Below, piece after piece: positions 1 to 9,639 of a stretch of 46,841 nt of DNA. The stretch covers positions 1 to 46,841 of the forward strand of contig JADGPT010000001.1 of NCBI GenBank assembly GCA_017882345.1, written 5' to 3'. The first letter of the stretch is position 1. Every line of letters starts with the position of its first letter. The notes beneath the pieces are model-generated. The model ran no database searches. It worked only from the letters and a program-made list of their open reading frames with translations, and was not told the origin of the DNA. The position numbers were made by a program, and so were the translations under genes. This DNA comes from Bacteroidales bacterium. GTDB lineage: Bacteria; Bacteroidota; Bacteroidia; Bacteroidales; VadinHA17.

Positions 1-2508
1 AACATTTTTAGAAATAACCTCTTTGATTTCGCCAATTGCACTACCAATATCACGATTGTCAAGTCTGGCTGTGACTTCGATATTCGATTTAAGGTCCTCA
101 CGGGTAAGTTCGGGATCGCCGGCAGATAATTCGACACCGGCGTAGTATTGTAAAGGTTTGTATGATCCATCGGGTGCAAAAACAGGTTGGTTTTTGATAA
201 GATCAATGCTATTGTTTTTAAAGTTGGTATTTCGTAGCCGGATTGTCAGCATTTGTTCCCCTTCCTGAACCTGCCCTACAGGCAACCCTTCATTATAGAC
301 CATAAGCTGGGTCTGAAAATCTGCAGGAGTAATTTTGTATTGTGCCAGCTTCCCCTGGTCGGGAAAAACTGTTACTGATGGTCCATCATAAATAATTCCA
401 TTCATAACATCGGCAACACCTTTTATAGTATTAAGGTTTTCCTGCACCTTCAACGCTAATTCCTGAAGATTAGCCTGATTATCACCAAATATTTTAATAA
501 CAACAGGTTGCGGGCGTCCAATAAGATCACCAAGCAGATCAGCTATCCTCTGTCCAAATTCTATTTCAAGAGCCGGAGCGACAGCCGTGGCTCTATATCG
601 AAGTTCGGAAATTACGTCCTCAGTTTTCCTTTTTGTCCCGGGCTTCAATTGAATCAGATAGTCACCGTAGTTTGGTGGTATTACTCCTGATGCCATGCTT
701 ATTCCCGAGATCATGTTAGTTCCGGTTCGCCTCATATAGGTTTCAACATCAGGGTGTTCGAGAACTACTTTATCAACTTCTTTCAATATGGCATCAGAGG
801 CATCAAGGGTAGTTCCGGCAGGAGCAATATAGTCGAGTACAATTGATCCTTCATCCAACTCCGGTAAAAATCCGGTTTTAAGCCTGTTGATCAGTAAAGC
901 CGAAGAAATGGCAAGAAGAAGTATAAACGCAATTGCAAACCATGGTTTATTAAAAAACCAGACCAGCCACCAGAGTCTTTGCCGCTTCTGCTCAGCATTG
1001 GAATCAGTAGAATCAGAAAGCTTCTTATGTGATTTATAACCAAATAACAGATGCAGGGCAGGCAAACCGATCCAGGTAGCAATGAAAGAACAAACAAGTG
1101 TTATTTCCATTGTAAGAGTAAGCTCCTTGAAAAAACTTCCGGCAACGCCACTCATCATTACAAAAGGAAGAAAGATTACAATTGTGCTTAACGAAGAACC
1201 TACCATAGCAGGAAGGAACATTTTCATTGATTCCCGGACAACTTCATTCTTGTCTTTTCCTGGATTTTCTTCATGTACACGATGAAGCTGCTCAATTATT
1301 ACAATTGCGTCATCTATTAACAGGCCTATAGATGCAGCGATTGCACCCAACGACATAATATTAAGCGTAATATGTACAAAATGCATTACTGTAACAGTAA
1401 GTGCAATCGTGACAGGTATAATGAGAATTATATTAAGGCTCGCCCTGAAAGAACGCAAAAACAAAATGACAACAATTATAGCCAGGAACAACCCTTCATA
1501 AATACTTTTCAAAACGCTGTCAATAGAGTTTGTTACAAACGCAGACTGGTTATAATATGGTTTCATTATTATTCCTGACGGTAACTGTTTTTGAATTTCA
1601 GATGCCCTGGCATTCACATTTTTCGAAAAGTCCACCAGGTTAACACCTTTCTGTTTTACAAGATCAATAAGCACTGCATCATGTCCGTTTGCGTTGATCC
1701 TGATAAATTCCTGCTGCTCCTGTAAATCAATCTGTGCCACATCTCTGAGTCGTATGATCCGGTGACCGTCATTTTTAATGACAATCTCATTTAACTCATT
1801 AATATTTTTAAATCTTGTGTCGGTAAGGGAAAGGTACAAACGACGATAATCGGAAAGTAATCCATTCGATTCTATGAAATTAGTATTCCCAAATGCTATA
1901 ATTATGTCCTGTGGGGTTAGCCCGAGTGAGATCAGTTTTTGAGGTACAGGAGATACTATAAATTCTTTGGTTTTTCCCCCTCTGACAATAACATTGGAGA
2001 TACCGGGTATTTGCGAGAACTGTGGCCTTATATTAAAAAGAGCCAGATTTCTCAGTTCTATCTGACCGTATTTATCACTTTCAATGGTAAAGCCGGTAAC
2101 CGGGTAAATTGACTGGCTCATTGCCTCAACAACAATATTTACTGTTGCCGGGAGTAAATTTTTTATTTCATTAATCCGTTCATTTAACTGGGTTTTAGCA
2201 AGATTAATGTCAACATTCCAGTCGAAATACGCATCTATTGTACAGCTTCCCCTGTTTGTACTGCTCCTCACAGTGGTAATTCCATTAACCCTTTTAATTG
2301 CAATTTCGAGAGGCTTGGTCACTGTTATCATCATTTTGTCAACTGGTTGCTCTCCGTTATCCGCAATAATGGTTATTTTAGGGAATGTTACATCGGGAAA
2401 AAGCGATGTCTGCATTTTGGTGTAAGAATAAATGCCCCAAACCAGGATGACCAGCAGAACAAATAGGATAGGTCTTAGCAAGAACCTGTAAATATTTCTA
2501 TTATTCAT
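1..2508 (-). CDS. efflux RND transporter permease subunit (AcrB/HAE1-type); C-terminal part runs off the window start
   Basis: Absent from the ORF track because it is open to position 1. My translation from ATG 2508..2506 reads MNNRNIYRFLLRPILFVLLVILVWGIYSYTKMQTSLFPDVTFPKITIIADNGEQPV..., a typical RND N-terminus. The frame at the window start reads ...EVTARLDNRDIGSAIGEIKEVISKNV. ATGA start/stop overlap with the adaptor gene. Confidence 0.85.
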   Translation of the reverse strand, partial: MNNRNIYRFLLRPILFVLLVILVWGIYSYTKMQTSLFPDVTFPKITIIADNGEQPVDKMMITVTKPLEIAIKRVNGITTVRSSTNRGSCTIDAYFDWNVDINLAKTQLNERINEIKNLLPATVNIVVEAMSQSIYPVTGFTIESDKYGQIELRNLALFNIRPQFSQIPGISNVIVRGGKTKEFIVSPVPQKLISLGLTPQDIIIAFGNTNFIESNGLLSDYRRLYLSLTDTRFKNINELNEIVIKNDGHRIIRLRDVAQIDLQEQQEFIRINANGHDAVLIDLVKQKGVNLVDFSKNVNARASEIQKQLPSGIIMKPYYNQSAFVTNSIDSVLKSIYEGLFLAIIVVILFLRSFRASLNIILIIPVTIALTVTVMHFVHITLNIMSLGAIAASIGLLIDDAIVIIEQLHRVHEENPGKDKNEVVRESMKMFLPAMVGSSLSTIVIFLPFVMMSGVAGSFFKELTLTMEITLVCSFIATWIGLPALHLLFGYKSHKKLSDSTDSNAEQKRQRLWWLVWFFNKPWFAIAFILLLAISSALLINRLKTGFLPELDEGSIVLDYIAPAGTTLDASDAILKEVDKVVLEHPDVETYMRRTGTNMISGISMASGVIPPNYGDYLIQLKPGTKRKTEDVISELRYRATAVAPALEIEFGQRIADLLGDLIGRPQPVVIKIFGDNQANLQELALKVQENLNTIKGVADVMNGIIYDGPSVTVFPDQGKLAQYKITPADFQTQLMVYNEGLPVGQVQEGEQMLTIRLRNTNFKNNSIDLIKNQPVFAPDGSYKPLQYYAGVELSAGDPELTREDLKSNIEVTARLDNRDIGSAIGEIKEVISKNV

Positions 2509-3425
2509 AGCTTAATAACCTTAACATTAGCCGTATCACCCAGTCCGTAATTACCAGAAGACAGGAATAAATCTGAATCCTTAAATACCGGCATTTTAAT
2601 CTGAACATAATTTTTTTCGCTAATTCCAGTTGTTACCAATACTTTAACAGCGGTCGAATCATTTATAAGTTTCATCACCCAATAATTTTGCATAGTTTCA
2701 TCTGTGAGAATTGAAGACTTTGGCAGACTTACGGCATTTCCCACTGACTCTTTTAAAATCCTGATTTTAGCAATCAGGTTTTCAGGGAGACTAACTGATT
2801 CAGATAGTCTTACGATAAACCGTTCTGTTTGGGAACTGCCTGCCATGGAAGGAAAACGTGATTTGATTATTCCCAGTAGTGAATGAGAGTCAGGCAGAAC
2901 AATTTCGCACCTGGTATTCAACTTTAGAGATTGCGAAAGTTCGAATGGGATATCCAGAATAAATACAAAACTTTCCGGAACAGCTATCTGGCAAAGCTGA
3001 TCTCCCTCAGCAACATAATCACCTTTTGGGTGCTCAATGGTCGAAATAATACCGGCAATAGCAGCGTTGACATCAACAACGCCTCTGAATTTCAGACTAT
3101 TAAGAGAATCATTCATTATAGCTGATGCCTCTCTCGTTTTTACCGTGAATAATAACCGGTTATTTTTAACAGCATCTCCCTGGTTAATGAACATATTTTC
3201 AATATACCCGGTAACAGGAGCTTTAACAGAAGCTTTAAACAAAAATGCCGATGTTGCACTTAATTCGAGATAACTGACCATCCGTCCTGTATGCAATGAC
3301 GAAACTGTTACAGGAATAGCTGAAGGTGTAGATTTCTCTGAGTTTTTTCCAGCCTGATGACAACCGCTTATAAATATTAAGCCGAAAATACCGACACCTA
3401 TACAATTTTTTATCATTCGGTCCAT
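2505..3425 (-). CDS. efflux RND transporter periplasmic adaptor (membrane fusion protein, HlyD-like) lipoprotein
   Basis: 306-aa ORF with a lipoprotein-type signal ending FISGC. Lipoyl-hairpin-like segments VTGYIENMFINQGDAVKNNRLLF and IISTIEHPKGDYVAEGDQL. Lies immediately upstream of the RND permease gene and overlaps it. Confidence 0.8.
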   Translation of the reverse strand: MDRMIKNCIGVGIFGLIFISGCHQAGKNSEKSTPSAIPVTVSSLHTGRMVSYLELSATSAFLFKASVKAPVTGYIENMFINQGDAVKNNRLLFTVKTREASAIMNDSLNSLKFRGVVDVNAAIAGIISTIEHPKGDYVAEGDQLCQIAVPESFVFILDIPFELSQSLKLNTRCEIVLPDSHSLLGIIKSRFPSMAGSSQTERFIVRLSESVSLPENLIAKIRILKESVGNAVSLPKSSILTDETMQNYWVMKLINDSTAVKVLVTTGISEKNYVQIKMPVFKDSDLFLSSGNYGLGDTANVKVIKL

Positions 3426-3931
3426 AATAATAATTATTGATTTCTGTAATGATCTGAAGTATTTTGAGCTTTTATTGGTTAATACTCCTTTTAATTGAAT
3501 TATAGTTCTTTAAAGTGATCGCATAATCAGTTATAGAGATATTCCCTCTGTTAATCTGGTGAGGAATGACATAAAGCAAAAAAGTCGCTGTTTTTTCATT
3601 TTTTTGTGAATTTTAATATTCTTGAAACTATTGCCCGGGTTCCACTACTAACCGTCAGGGTACATCTAATGCATAAACAAAGATTTTCTTAATACGCTCC
3701 AACAGAAATTTCAATCTGATGTAAAAGTAATGAAACACTCATAATAATAACAAGTGAGTGAATGAAATTCAATGTTACAATTGTGTCATTTTTCCTTCCT
3801 TTGATATACAAACTTTTTATTGCTCTGCTCCGGATAATAATTAACCTGCTAAACGCCTGTTCAGTTCACTAAATTCATTTAAGCAATAAACAATAAAAGA
3901 AATTCTGTGTTTACCTGTTAAATTCTAAAAT

Positions 3932-4651
3932 ATGAAAGTATTATCTTTTGAGGATTCAGGTAAAAATGTAAAACCGGTTGTCCAACCTTTTTTTTCAATT
4001 ATTATCACAACTTATAACAGAGCAAATCTTTTAAAAAAAGCATTAGACTCACTGATTTCCCAGACAGAACATGACTGGGAGGCGATTATTGTAGATGACG
4101 AAAGTACCGACGAAACTTATTTACAGATTCTCCCCTACCTCCGATTAAATAATACGATAAAATATTTCAGAAAAGCCCATAGCGGGGAAGCTATGTCAAA
4201 AAATACAGGAATAAACTTATCTGCCGGGAAATTCATTTCTTTTCTAGACTCAGATGACGAGTATAATCCGTTACATCTTCAATCAAGGAAAGACATTCTC
4301 ATACAAAATCCCTATGTCAGGTTCTTATACGGTGGGACCAAAATCATTGGTAATCAGTATGTTCCTGACAGGTTTAATTATAATAAAAGAATCAACCTTA
4401 GTGAATGTGCTATTGGGGGAACTTTTTTTATTGAAAGAAGCGTTTTGCTTCAATTAAACGGGTTCAGAAATATAATTCTTGGAACAGATTCTGATCTGTT
4501 TGACAGGGCAATTGAGGCTGGAGTTTTCATGAAGGAGACAAAAATACCTTCTTATATCTATCACCATGAAAATGAAGATTCAATAACAAACATGATGATA
4601 AAAAGCAATTCGGAGTTAGAGGAAATATACACGGATATTAATCTAAAATAA
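3932..4651 (+). CDS. family 2 glycosyltransferase
   Basis: 239-aa ORF with the GT-A signature FSIIITTYNRANLLKKALDSLISQT...AIIVDDESTDET and a DxD-type LDSDDE motif. Confidence 0.8.
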   Translation: MKVLSFEDSGKNVKPVVQPFFSIIITTYNRANLLKKALDSLISQTEHDWEAIIVDDESTDETYLQILPYLRLNNTIKYFRKAHSGEAMSKNTGINLSAGKFISFLDSDDEYNPLHLQSRKDILIQNPYVRFLYGGTKIIGNQYVPDRFNYNKRINLSECAIGGTFFIERSVLLQLNGFRNIILGTDSDLFDRAIEAGVFMKETKIPSYIYHHENEDSITNMMIKSNSELEEIYTDINLK

Positions 4652-4659
4652 ATATTACT

Positions 4660-4959
4660 ATGAAAGCATTTTCAAATACTGAAGTCAAAGATTTACTTTT
4701 AGTGAAATTAAAAGACTGGTCATTTGATGGAACTTATTTATCGAGAACTTTTAAATTTAATAATTTTGTAAACGCATTTTCATTCATGACTTCGGTCGCA
4801 CTGGAGGCAGAAAAGATGGAACATCATCCCGAATGGAGCAATATTTACAACATTGTAACTATCAAATTAAACTCTCATGATGCCAAGGGAATAACTCAGC
4901 TGGATTTTGACCTGGCTCAGACAATTGACAGTTTATTCGAAGTTTATAAAAAGATTTAA
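4660..4959 (+). CDS. 4a-hydroxytetrahydrobiopterin (pterin-4a-carbinolamine) dehydratase, PCD/DCoH family
   Basis: 99-aa ORF with the signature EKMEHHPEWSNIYN...H...D. Starts 8 nt after the GT2 stop. Confidence 0.85.
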   Translation: MKAFSNTEVKDLLLVKLKDWSFDGTYLSRTFKFNNFVNAFSFMTSVALEAEKMEHHPEWSNIYNIVTIKLNSHDAKGITQLDFDLAQTIDSLFEVYKKI

Positions 4960-5003
4960 GTTTTATGCGGATATGCATACGTTAATCTAATACTGTGTTC
5001 AGA

Positions 5004-5729
5004 ATGAAAATTTCAAATAATAAAGTATTAATTACAGGCGGTGCTTCAGGTATTGGTTTGGGACTAACAGAAAGATTTGTAAAAGAGCACAATACAGTAA
5101 TTATTTGCGGCAGACGGGAATCTCTTTTGGAGGAAGTTTCAAAAAAATATCCGTCAGTTATAATAAGAAGATGTGATCTATCCAAATCCTCCGAAAGAGA
5201 AAATCTATTCGGCTGGATCTCAGAGAAACATAATGATCTGAGTGTTCTTATAAATAATGCAGGTATTCAGCACTGGATGTCAGTTTCTGATAGTGACTTC
5301 TTTCAACGGGCAAAAGAGGAAATTGCTATTAATATTGAGGCTCCTGTTCATCTTACAGCGCTTTTTACTAATCTGAAATCGCTGAATACTATTATTAATA
5401 TTACCTCCGGGTTATCTTTTGTACCTCTGGCCAGAATGCCGGTATATTCGGCAACAAAAGCTTTTTTCCATTCATTTACCCTTTCTCTGCGACATTTATT
5501 GAAATCAAAAAATATTGAGGTAATTGAAGTTATACCTCCTGCACTCAATACGGAACTTGGTGGCAAAAGTTTACATAACAGCGCCCCTGATGTTAGTGAT
5601 TTTATTGAAGCTGTTTTCATGCAACTGAAACAAGGGAAAACTGAAATTACATTTGGATTCAGTGAAACTATGATTAAAGCCGGACCGGAGGATTTGCAGA
5701 AAGCTTTTGACAGAATGAATAGTGTTTAA
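5004..5729 (+). CDS. SDR family oxidoreductase
   Basis: Rossmann motif TGGASGIGLG and catalytic YSATK (Y-x3-K). ATG at 5004 is preferred over the GTG at 4995 used by the ORF track. Confidence 0.8.
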   Translation: MKISNNKVLITGGASGIGLGLTERFVKEHNTVIICGRRESLLEEVSKKYPSVIIRRCDLSKSSERENLFGWISEKHNDLSVLINNAGIQHWMSVSDSDFFQRAKEEIAINIEAPVHLTALFTNLKSLNTIINITSGLSFVPLARMPVYSATKAFFHSFTLSLRHLLKSKNIEVIEVIPPALNTELGGKSLHNSAPDVSDFIEAVFMQLKQGKTEITFGFSETMIKAGPEDLQKAFDRMNSV

Positions 5730-5960
5730 GGGAGCTGATAATAAGCAGTATATATTTTATTTTTAAAACTCTGAAGGCAAGGTTTATAATTCAGGGTAGA
5801 GGAAGCAAGATATCTTAACTTCTTTAACAATTATTACAATCAGTGCAACTATTTCACCATTTTTACGTTTACAGACCTTATTGTTGATATTGTCTTATAA
5901 CACTTATTTATCAGACAGGAAAATTGCTTAAGTAATGCCATACTTCTAAAAATCTTTAAT

Positions 5961-6671
5961 ATGAAAAAAATTTATTTCCTTGTTATTATTGCATTATTAA
6001 GTATCCAAATTACAGATGCCCAGTTTTTTAAGGATGCAAAAAAATTACTTAACTCTAAAACAAAAGGTCTTACCGAAAAGGATGCTGCTGATGGCATTAA
6101 AGAAGCTCTGGTAAATGGTACCGGAGAAAGTGTGAAAGTGGTTTCAGTTCTTAATGGATACTGGGGCAATCCTGAAATAAAGATCCCATTTCCTTCTGAA
6201 GCAAAGGAGATGGAGTCAAAACTCAGAGCAATTGGAATGGCAAAAAAAGTGGATGAATTTAATGAATCTATGAACCGTGCAGCTGAGAAAGCTGCAAGTG
6301 AAGCAAAACCAATTTTTATAGCCGCGATAAAAGGCATGACAGTGAGAGATGCTATTAATATTGTTAAAGGAGCAGATAATGCTGCTACTATGTACCTGAA
6401 GAATACCACATCACCAGAGCTTATAGGAAAATTTCAGCCAATAATTAAAACTTCTCTTGATAATGTTAATGCAACCCGATACTGGAGTGATTTAATTACA
6501 ATCTATAACAAGATCCCTCTTGTTAAAAGAATGAATCCCAATCTTCCTGAATATGTCACTCAGAGAGCTATCGATGGCCTTTTTATAATGATTGCCAAAG
6601 AAGAAATAAAAATTCGTAAAGACCCAATGGCCAGAACATCAGAATTGCTTAAAAAAGTCTTTGGAAACTAG
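5961..6671 (+). CDS. exported protein, DUF4197-like
   Basis: 236-aa ORF with a signal peptide (LLSIQITDAQ) and a helical Lys/Ala-rich body. The DUF4197 assignment is by recollection of the family only. Confidence 0.55.
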   Translation: MKKIYFLVIIALLSIQITDAQFFKDAKKLLNSKTKGLTEKDAADGIKEALVNGTGESVKVVSVLNGYWGNPEIKIPFPSEAKEMESKLRAIGMAKKVDEFNESMNRAAEKAASEAKPIFIAAIKGMTVRDAINIVKGADNAATMYLKNTTSPELIGKFQPIIKTSLDNVNATRYWSDLITIYNKIPLVKRMNPNLPEYVTQRAIDGLFIMIAKEEIKIRKDPMARTSELLKKVFGN

Positions 6672-6750
6672 CTTTTGATAGAACCCGGCTCCTGTCATTG
6701 CACTTGGTTACCCCGTTCAGGAAAGCAAAATCTGAATGAAGCATTGAGCA

Positions 6751-6785
6751 TTAAAAAAAAGAGGCCGCAGATCATGCAACCTCTT
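6751..6785 (-). terminator. intrinsic terminator for the minus-strand gene 6796..7659
   Basis: AAGAGG (6759..6764) pairs with CCTCTT (6780..6785). On the minus strand the hairpin is followed by a T8 run (complement of A-run 6751..6758). It sits 11 nt after the stop. Confidence 0.6.
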
Positions 6786-6795
6786 CTGAATCTGA

Positions 6796-7659
6796 TTACT
6801 TCAGTAATTTAAAACTTAGCTGAAGTTGTTCTGAATTAAAGACAGCCGGTAAATAATTGGCCTCCTTTTCGGTGAAGTTTCCAGTAACTTCAATTTCACC
6901 TCTTTCAATTGCAGATTTCACAATAGGCCATGCGTATACCTGATCATCAATGACGATGGCAATAGCTTTATTCAGGTTGTTTTTTGTGGCTTCTGCAAAA
7001 AAAGTGATTGCTTCCGGTTTTAATTTGATTTGAATTTTACAGTCTTGTGTGTCCTTACCTTTGACAATCTTAACAGATTCTACATCTGATCTTGCAAGTA
7101 ATGGTTTTCCATTCATATCGGTTTTTAATGCGAATAAACAATACCCTGATTTTTCCGATTCATTTCCCCAGAAAAGTTTACAATTCTTTACAGGAATTGC
7201 CGATCTGAGATATTCATCCGCGTTCTTCCGGTTTTCAGTATTGGTGCATCCTACCCGGGGATCAGAGGTCTTTTGTTCCTGATCGTGTTTAAGTAGTTTA
7301 AAAAGCTGATTCTCAGGTTCTAATAAATCTTTAATTTCGTTATTAGAATATGTTTCGTAGAAAGCAAGCTCACCTTTTGATGTAAGCAATCCTTCAACTT
7401 CAGATATGTTGGTTTTAGCAGGCAACAGGATTATAACCTGTCCCTTATCTGCTGAAACCTTTACTTCGAAGGAGTTTAATCCAAATGATTTTAACCTGGA
7501 GGAAATAATATCTGCCGATTGTTTCAATGAAACTGACCCAACATTTTTACCACTTGCCTGAAGAATAATACTTCTTATGTTTTCAGTACTTTTCTGGTTA
7601 GCGGAGGTCAGTGTTATTGCAATAGCAATAGAAATAATTAAATATAGAAAGCTTTTCAT
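6796..7659 (-). CDS. exported protein resembling the SecD periplasmic P1-head domain, without the SecD transmembrane core
   Basis: 287-aa ORF with a signal peptide. [51 protein letters not shown] aligns by eye with E. coli SecD [89 protein letters not shown] aligns with the SecD ...ITG..NPNEARQL segment. Confidence 0.55.
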   Translation of the reverse strand: [287 protein letters not shown]

Positions 7660-7719
7660 AATATTTTATATTAAGTTAATTGAATAAAAAAGACAATCTG
7701 TTTAAATACAGATTATTAA

Positions 7720-8115
7720 TTAACTTATATAAGGTAAATCATCAGCTTCCAAAGGAAAAAGATGATACCGGAGAATGAATTGAGGGATTTTGTGTGAACT
7801 TTGTCTGATTAGCAGGAGATGAGAGACTTTTATGCTTGTTTTTTTGTTTTCAGAAAAAGGATTCCTGTTAAAAGCAAGGAGGTTAAAGTTATCTTTATTT
7901 GATATCCATGTTTTCTGAAATACCTGTAACCGGGCAGACGGACTTGAAACAGCACTCTTCCCGATCAAAGAAAAATAAGTTGAAACCAGGTTACTTTTAT
8001 GTACAGGAATGCTAACTGACAAATTATTGTAAATCAATATTCCCAAAAAGAGAATCGACATAACAATAATTGCATCAAAAGGTATAAACCGTATATTTTC
8101 CCGGTTCTTAAACAT
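7720..8115 (-). CDS. hypothetical membrane-anchored protein
   Basis: 131-aa ORF with one N-terminal hydrophobic helix (AIIVMSILFLGILIY). No recognisable motif; coding status rests on ORF length only. Confidence 0.35.
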   Translation of the reverse strand: MFKNRENIRFIPFDAIIVMSILFLGILIYNNLSVSIPVHKSNLVSTYFSLIGKSAVSSPSARLQVFQKTWISNKDNFNLLAFNRNPFSENKKTSIKVSHLLLIRQSSHKIPQFILRYHLFPLEADDLPYIS

Positions 8116-8275
8116 TTGTCAAAAGTAACTCATTTTGAGCGCAAACACAAAAATCCGTTTTTTGTTCTTCTTATTATAATAACTTTCGTTGAATATTACA
8201 TGATCATTGATGGTTTTGCAAAAGTGTTTATATAAACATAATTAAAATCTGACTGTTTAATTACAAAGAGAATAT

Positions 8276-8719
8276 ATGAAAACAGATTTTCTATACGACT
8301 TTATTTCAAAACACCGGTTTGCAGTTCTTTCAACTGTTTCCTCCGAAGGCAATCCGGAAGCTGCATTAGTTGGCTTTGCTGTAGCTCCCGATTTAAGGTT
8401 AATTATCGATACCATGCGTACCTCGAGAAAATTTACAAATTTAACTCAGAACAGAACAGTAGCGCTCGTTATAGGTTGGGAAAATGAACGTACGATCCAG
8501 TATGAGGGAAGAGTAATATTTCAGGCCGGAAAGGAATTTAACAAAATGCTTGATCTCTATTTACAGGCATTTCCGGAGGCAATGGAAAGGAAAGAGTATT
8601 GGAAGGATATTGCACATTTTATTGTTGTTCCTGAATGGATACGGTATTCTGATTTCAATGATCCACTCGCAATTTCGGAAATGGATTTCTTACCCTGCAA
8701 AGTAAAACCAGCAACTTAA
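8276..8719 (+). CDS. pyridoxamine 5'-phosphate oxidase family (FMN-binding split-barrel) protein
   Basis: 147-aa ORF. The N-terminal pattern FAVLSTVSSEGNPEAALVGF...LRLIIDT is typical of PNPOx-like split-barrel proteins. Confidence 0.65.
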   Translation: MKTDFLYDFISKHRFAVLSTVSSEGNPEAALVGFAVAPDLRLIIDTMRTSRKFTNLTQNRTVALVIGWENERTIQYEGRVIFQAGKEFNKMLDLYLQAFPEAMERKEYWKDIAHFIVVPEWIRYSDFNDPLAISEMDFLPCKVKPAT

Positions 8720-8730
8720 AAATCACAAGT

Positions 8731-9099
8731 ATGCTCTCAAAACAGAGAATCAAAGTATTTGTATCTGCAACTCGTCCGGGCAAAGCCCGTGAATTTTACG
8801 AAGGGAAACTTGGATTGAAGCTATTATCAGAGGACAGCTTCGGTATGGAATTTGAGGCCTCCGGAGCACATCTAAGAATTTCCATTGTTGAAAAACTAAT
8901 TCCGCAGCCATTCACGGTGCTTGGTTGGGATACAGATGATATCATTTCAGCAATCAGTATGCTGAAAGAAAAAGGTATAACATTTGAACGATTTACTTTT
9001 ATTGATCAGGATGCAGAAGATATCTGGACTGCGCCGGGAGGAACAAGGGTTGCCTGGTTCAAGGATCCTGATGGAAATATTCTCTCAATTTCTGATTAA
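8731..9099 (+). CDS. VOC (glyoxalase/bleomycin-resistance/dioxygenase) family protein
   Basis: 122-aa ORF with the family-typical FYEGKLGLKL start and WFKDPDGNILSI end. Confidence 0.75.
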   Translation: MLSKQRIKVFVSATRPGKAREFYEGKLGLKLLSEDSFGMEFEASGAHLRISIVEKLIPQPFTVLGWDTDDIISAISMLKEKGITFERFTFIDQDAEDIWTAPGGTRVAWFKDPDGNILSISD

Positions 9100-9585
9100 C
9101 AGATCAAGCTCTGCCCCATAGTCAAACTGAAGATCCTCATGTAAGAGAGTTACCTTTTTTCTGATAGTCTCTATTAGTCTGTTGTAGAAGTTTTGCAGAC
9201 CTGAATTCTTCTGTATTGAGGGAGTAAATCTATTAAGTTTTGTACAGAAGTATACGAGCAATTCGACTTCGGTTTCTTTCTTCTGTGAGTATCTGGCATA
9301 CTTCCTGATAGTTCGTAATATTTTCCGAAAACTTTTCTTAATTAGGTAATAGCTCTTGTTATTTATCTCCTCAAATTGCGCATCAACTTCCTTTTTTACA
9401 CGTACTACATACAATGCTTCATCTGATGATTCAAAAAGGAGATAGGTTAATAATTCTTTATTCTCCTTTTTAAATCTTGCCAGACGGAGGCAGAGGTCCC
9501 TTAGTTCTTTTGGTGTACAGCTAATTAATTCTTCTTTGAGTTCTTTAAGAGTGACAGCCGTCATGGATATAATTTGTGTTAACAA
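9085..9585 (-). CDS. hypothetical helical protein
   Basis: 166-aa ORF from a TTG start; an ATG alternative at 9564 gives MTAVTLKELKEEL.... Lys/Glu-rich and helical. Its 3' end overlaps the convergent VOC gene by 15 nt. Confidence 0.45.
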   Translation of the reverse strand: MLTQIISMTAVTLKELKEELISCTPKELRDLCLRLARFKKENKELLTYLLFESSDEALYVVRVKKEVDAQFEEINNKSYYLIKKSFRKILRTIRKYARYSQKKETEVELLVYFCTKLNRFTPSIQKNSGLQNFYNRLIETIRKKVTLLHEDLQFDYGAELDLLIRN

Positions 9586-9639
9586 TTAATATTAATATCT
9601 TCCAGGTTGAACGGCCGCCTGCTTAAAACTGTCAGTACA

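Noticed and set aside
3426-3931. Large ORF-free region inspected for tRNA, riboswitch, sRNA or CRISPR repeats
   Set aside because: I saw no repeats, no GC-rich stems and no tRNA-like cloverleaf segments by eye. It is probably a promoter or leader region. This needs covariance-model scanning to be sure.
5972-6409. 145-aa ORF on the minus strand
   Set aside because: It lies entirely antisense within the DUF4197-like CDS and has an Ala/Ser/Phe-rich low-information composition. This is a typical shadow ORF.
6751-6785. 14-nt identity AAAAAAGAGGCCGC shared with the terminator at 24195..24233; considered as a REP or miniature mobile element
   Set aside because: Only the 5' arm and A-run are shared. 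Loops and flanks differ, and both sit at convergent gene ends, so they are most simply two independent terminators.
9085-9099. 15-nt overlap of convergent 3' ends (VOC gene and 9085..9585)
   Set aside because: Short convergent overlaps are common in compact genomes. No special signal is evident.
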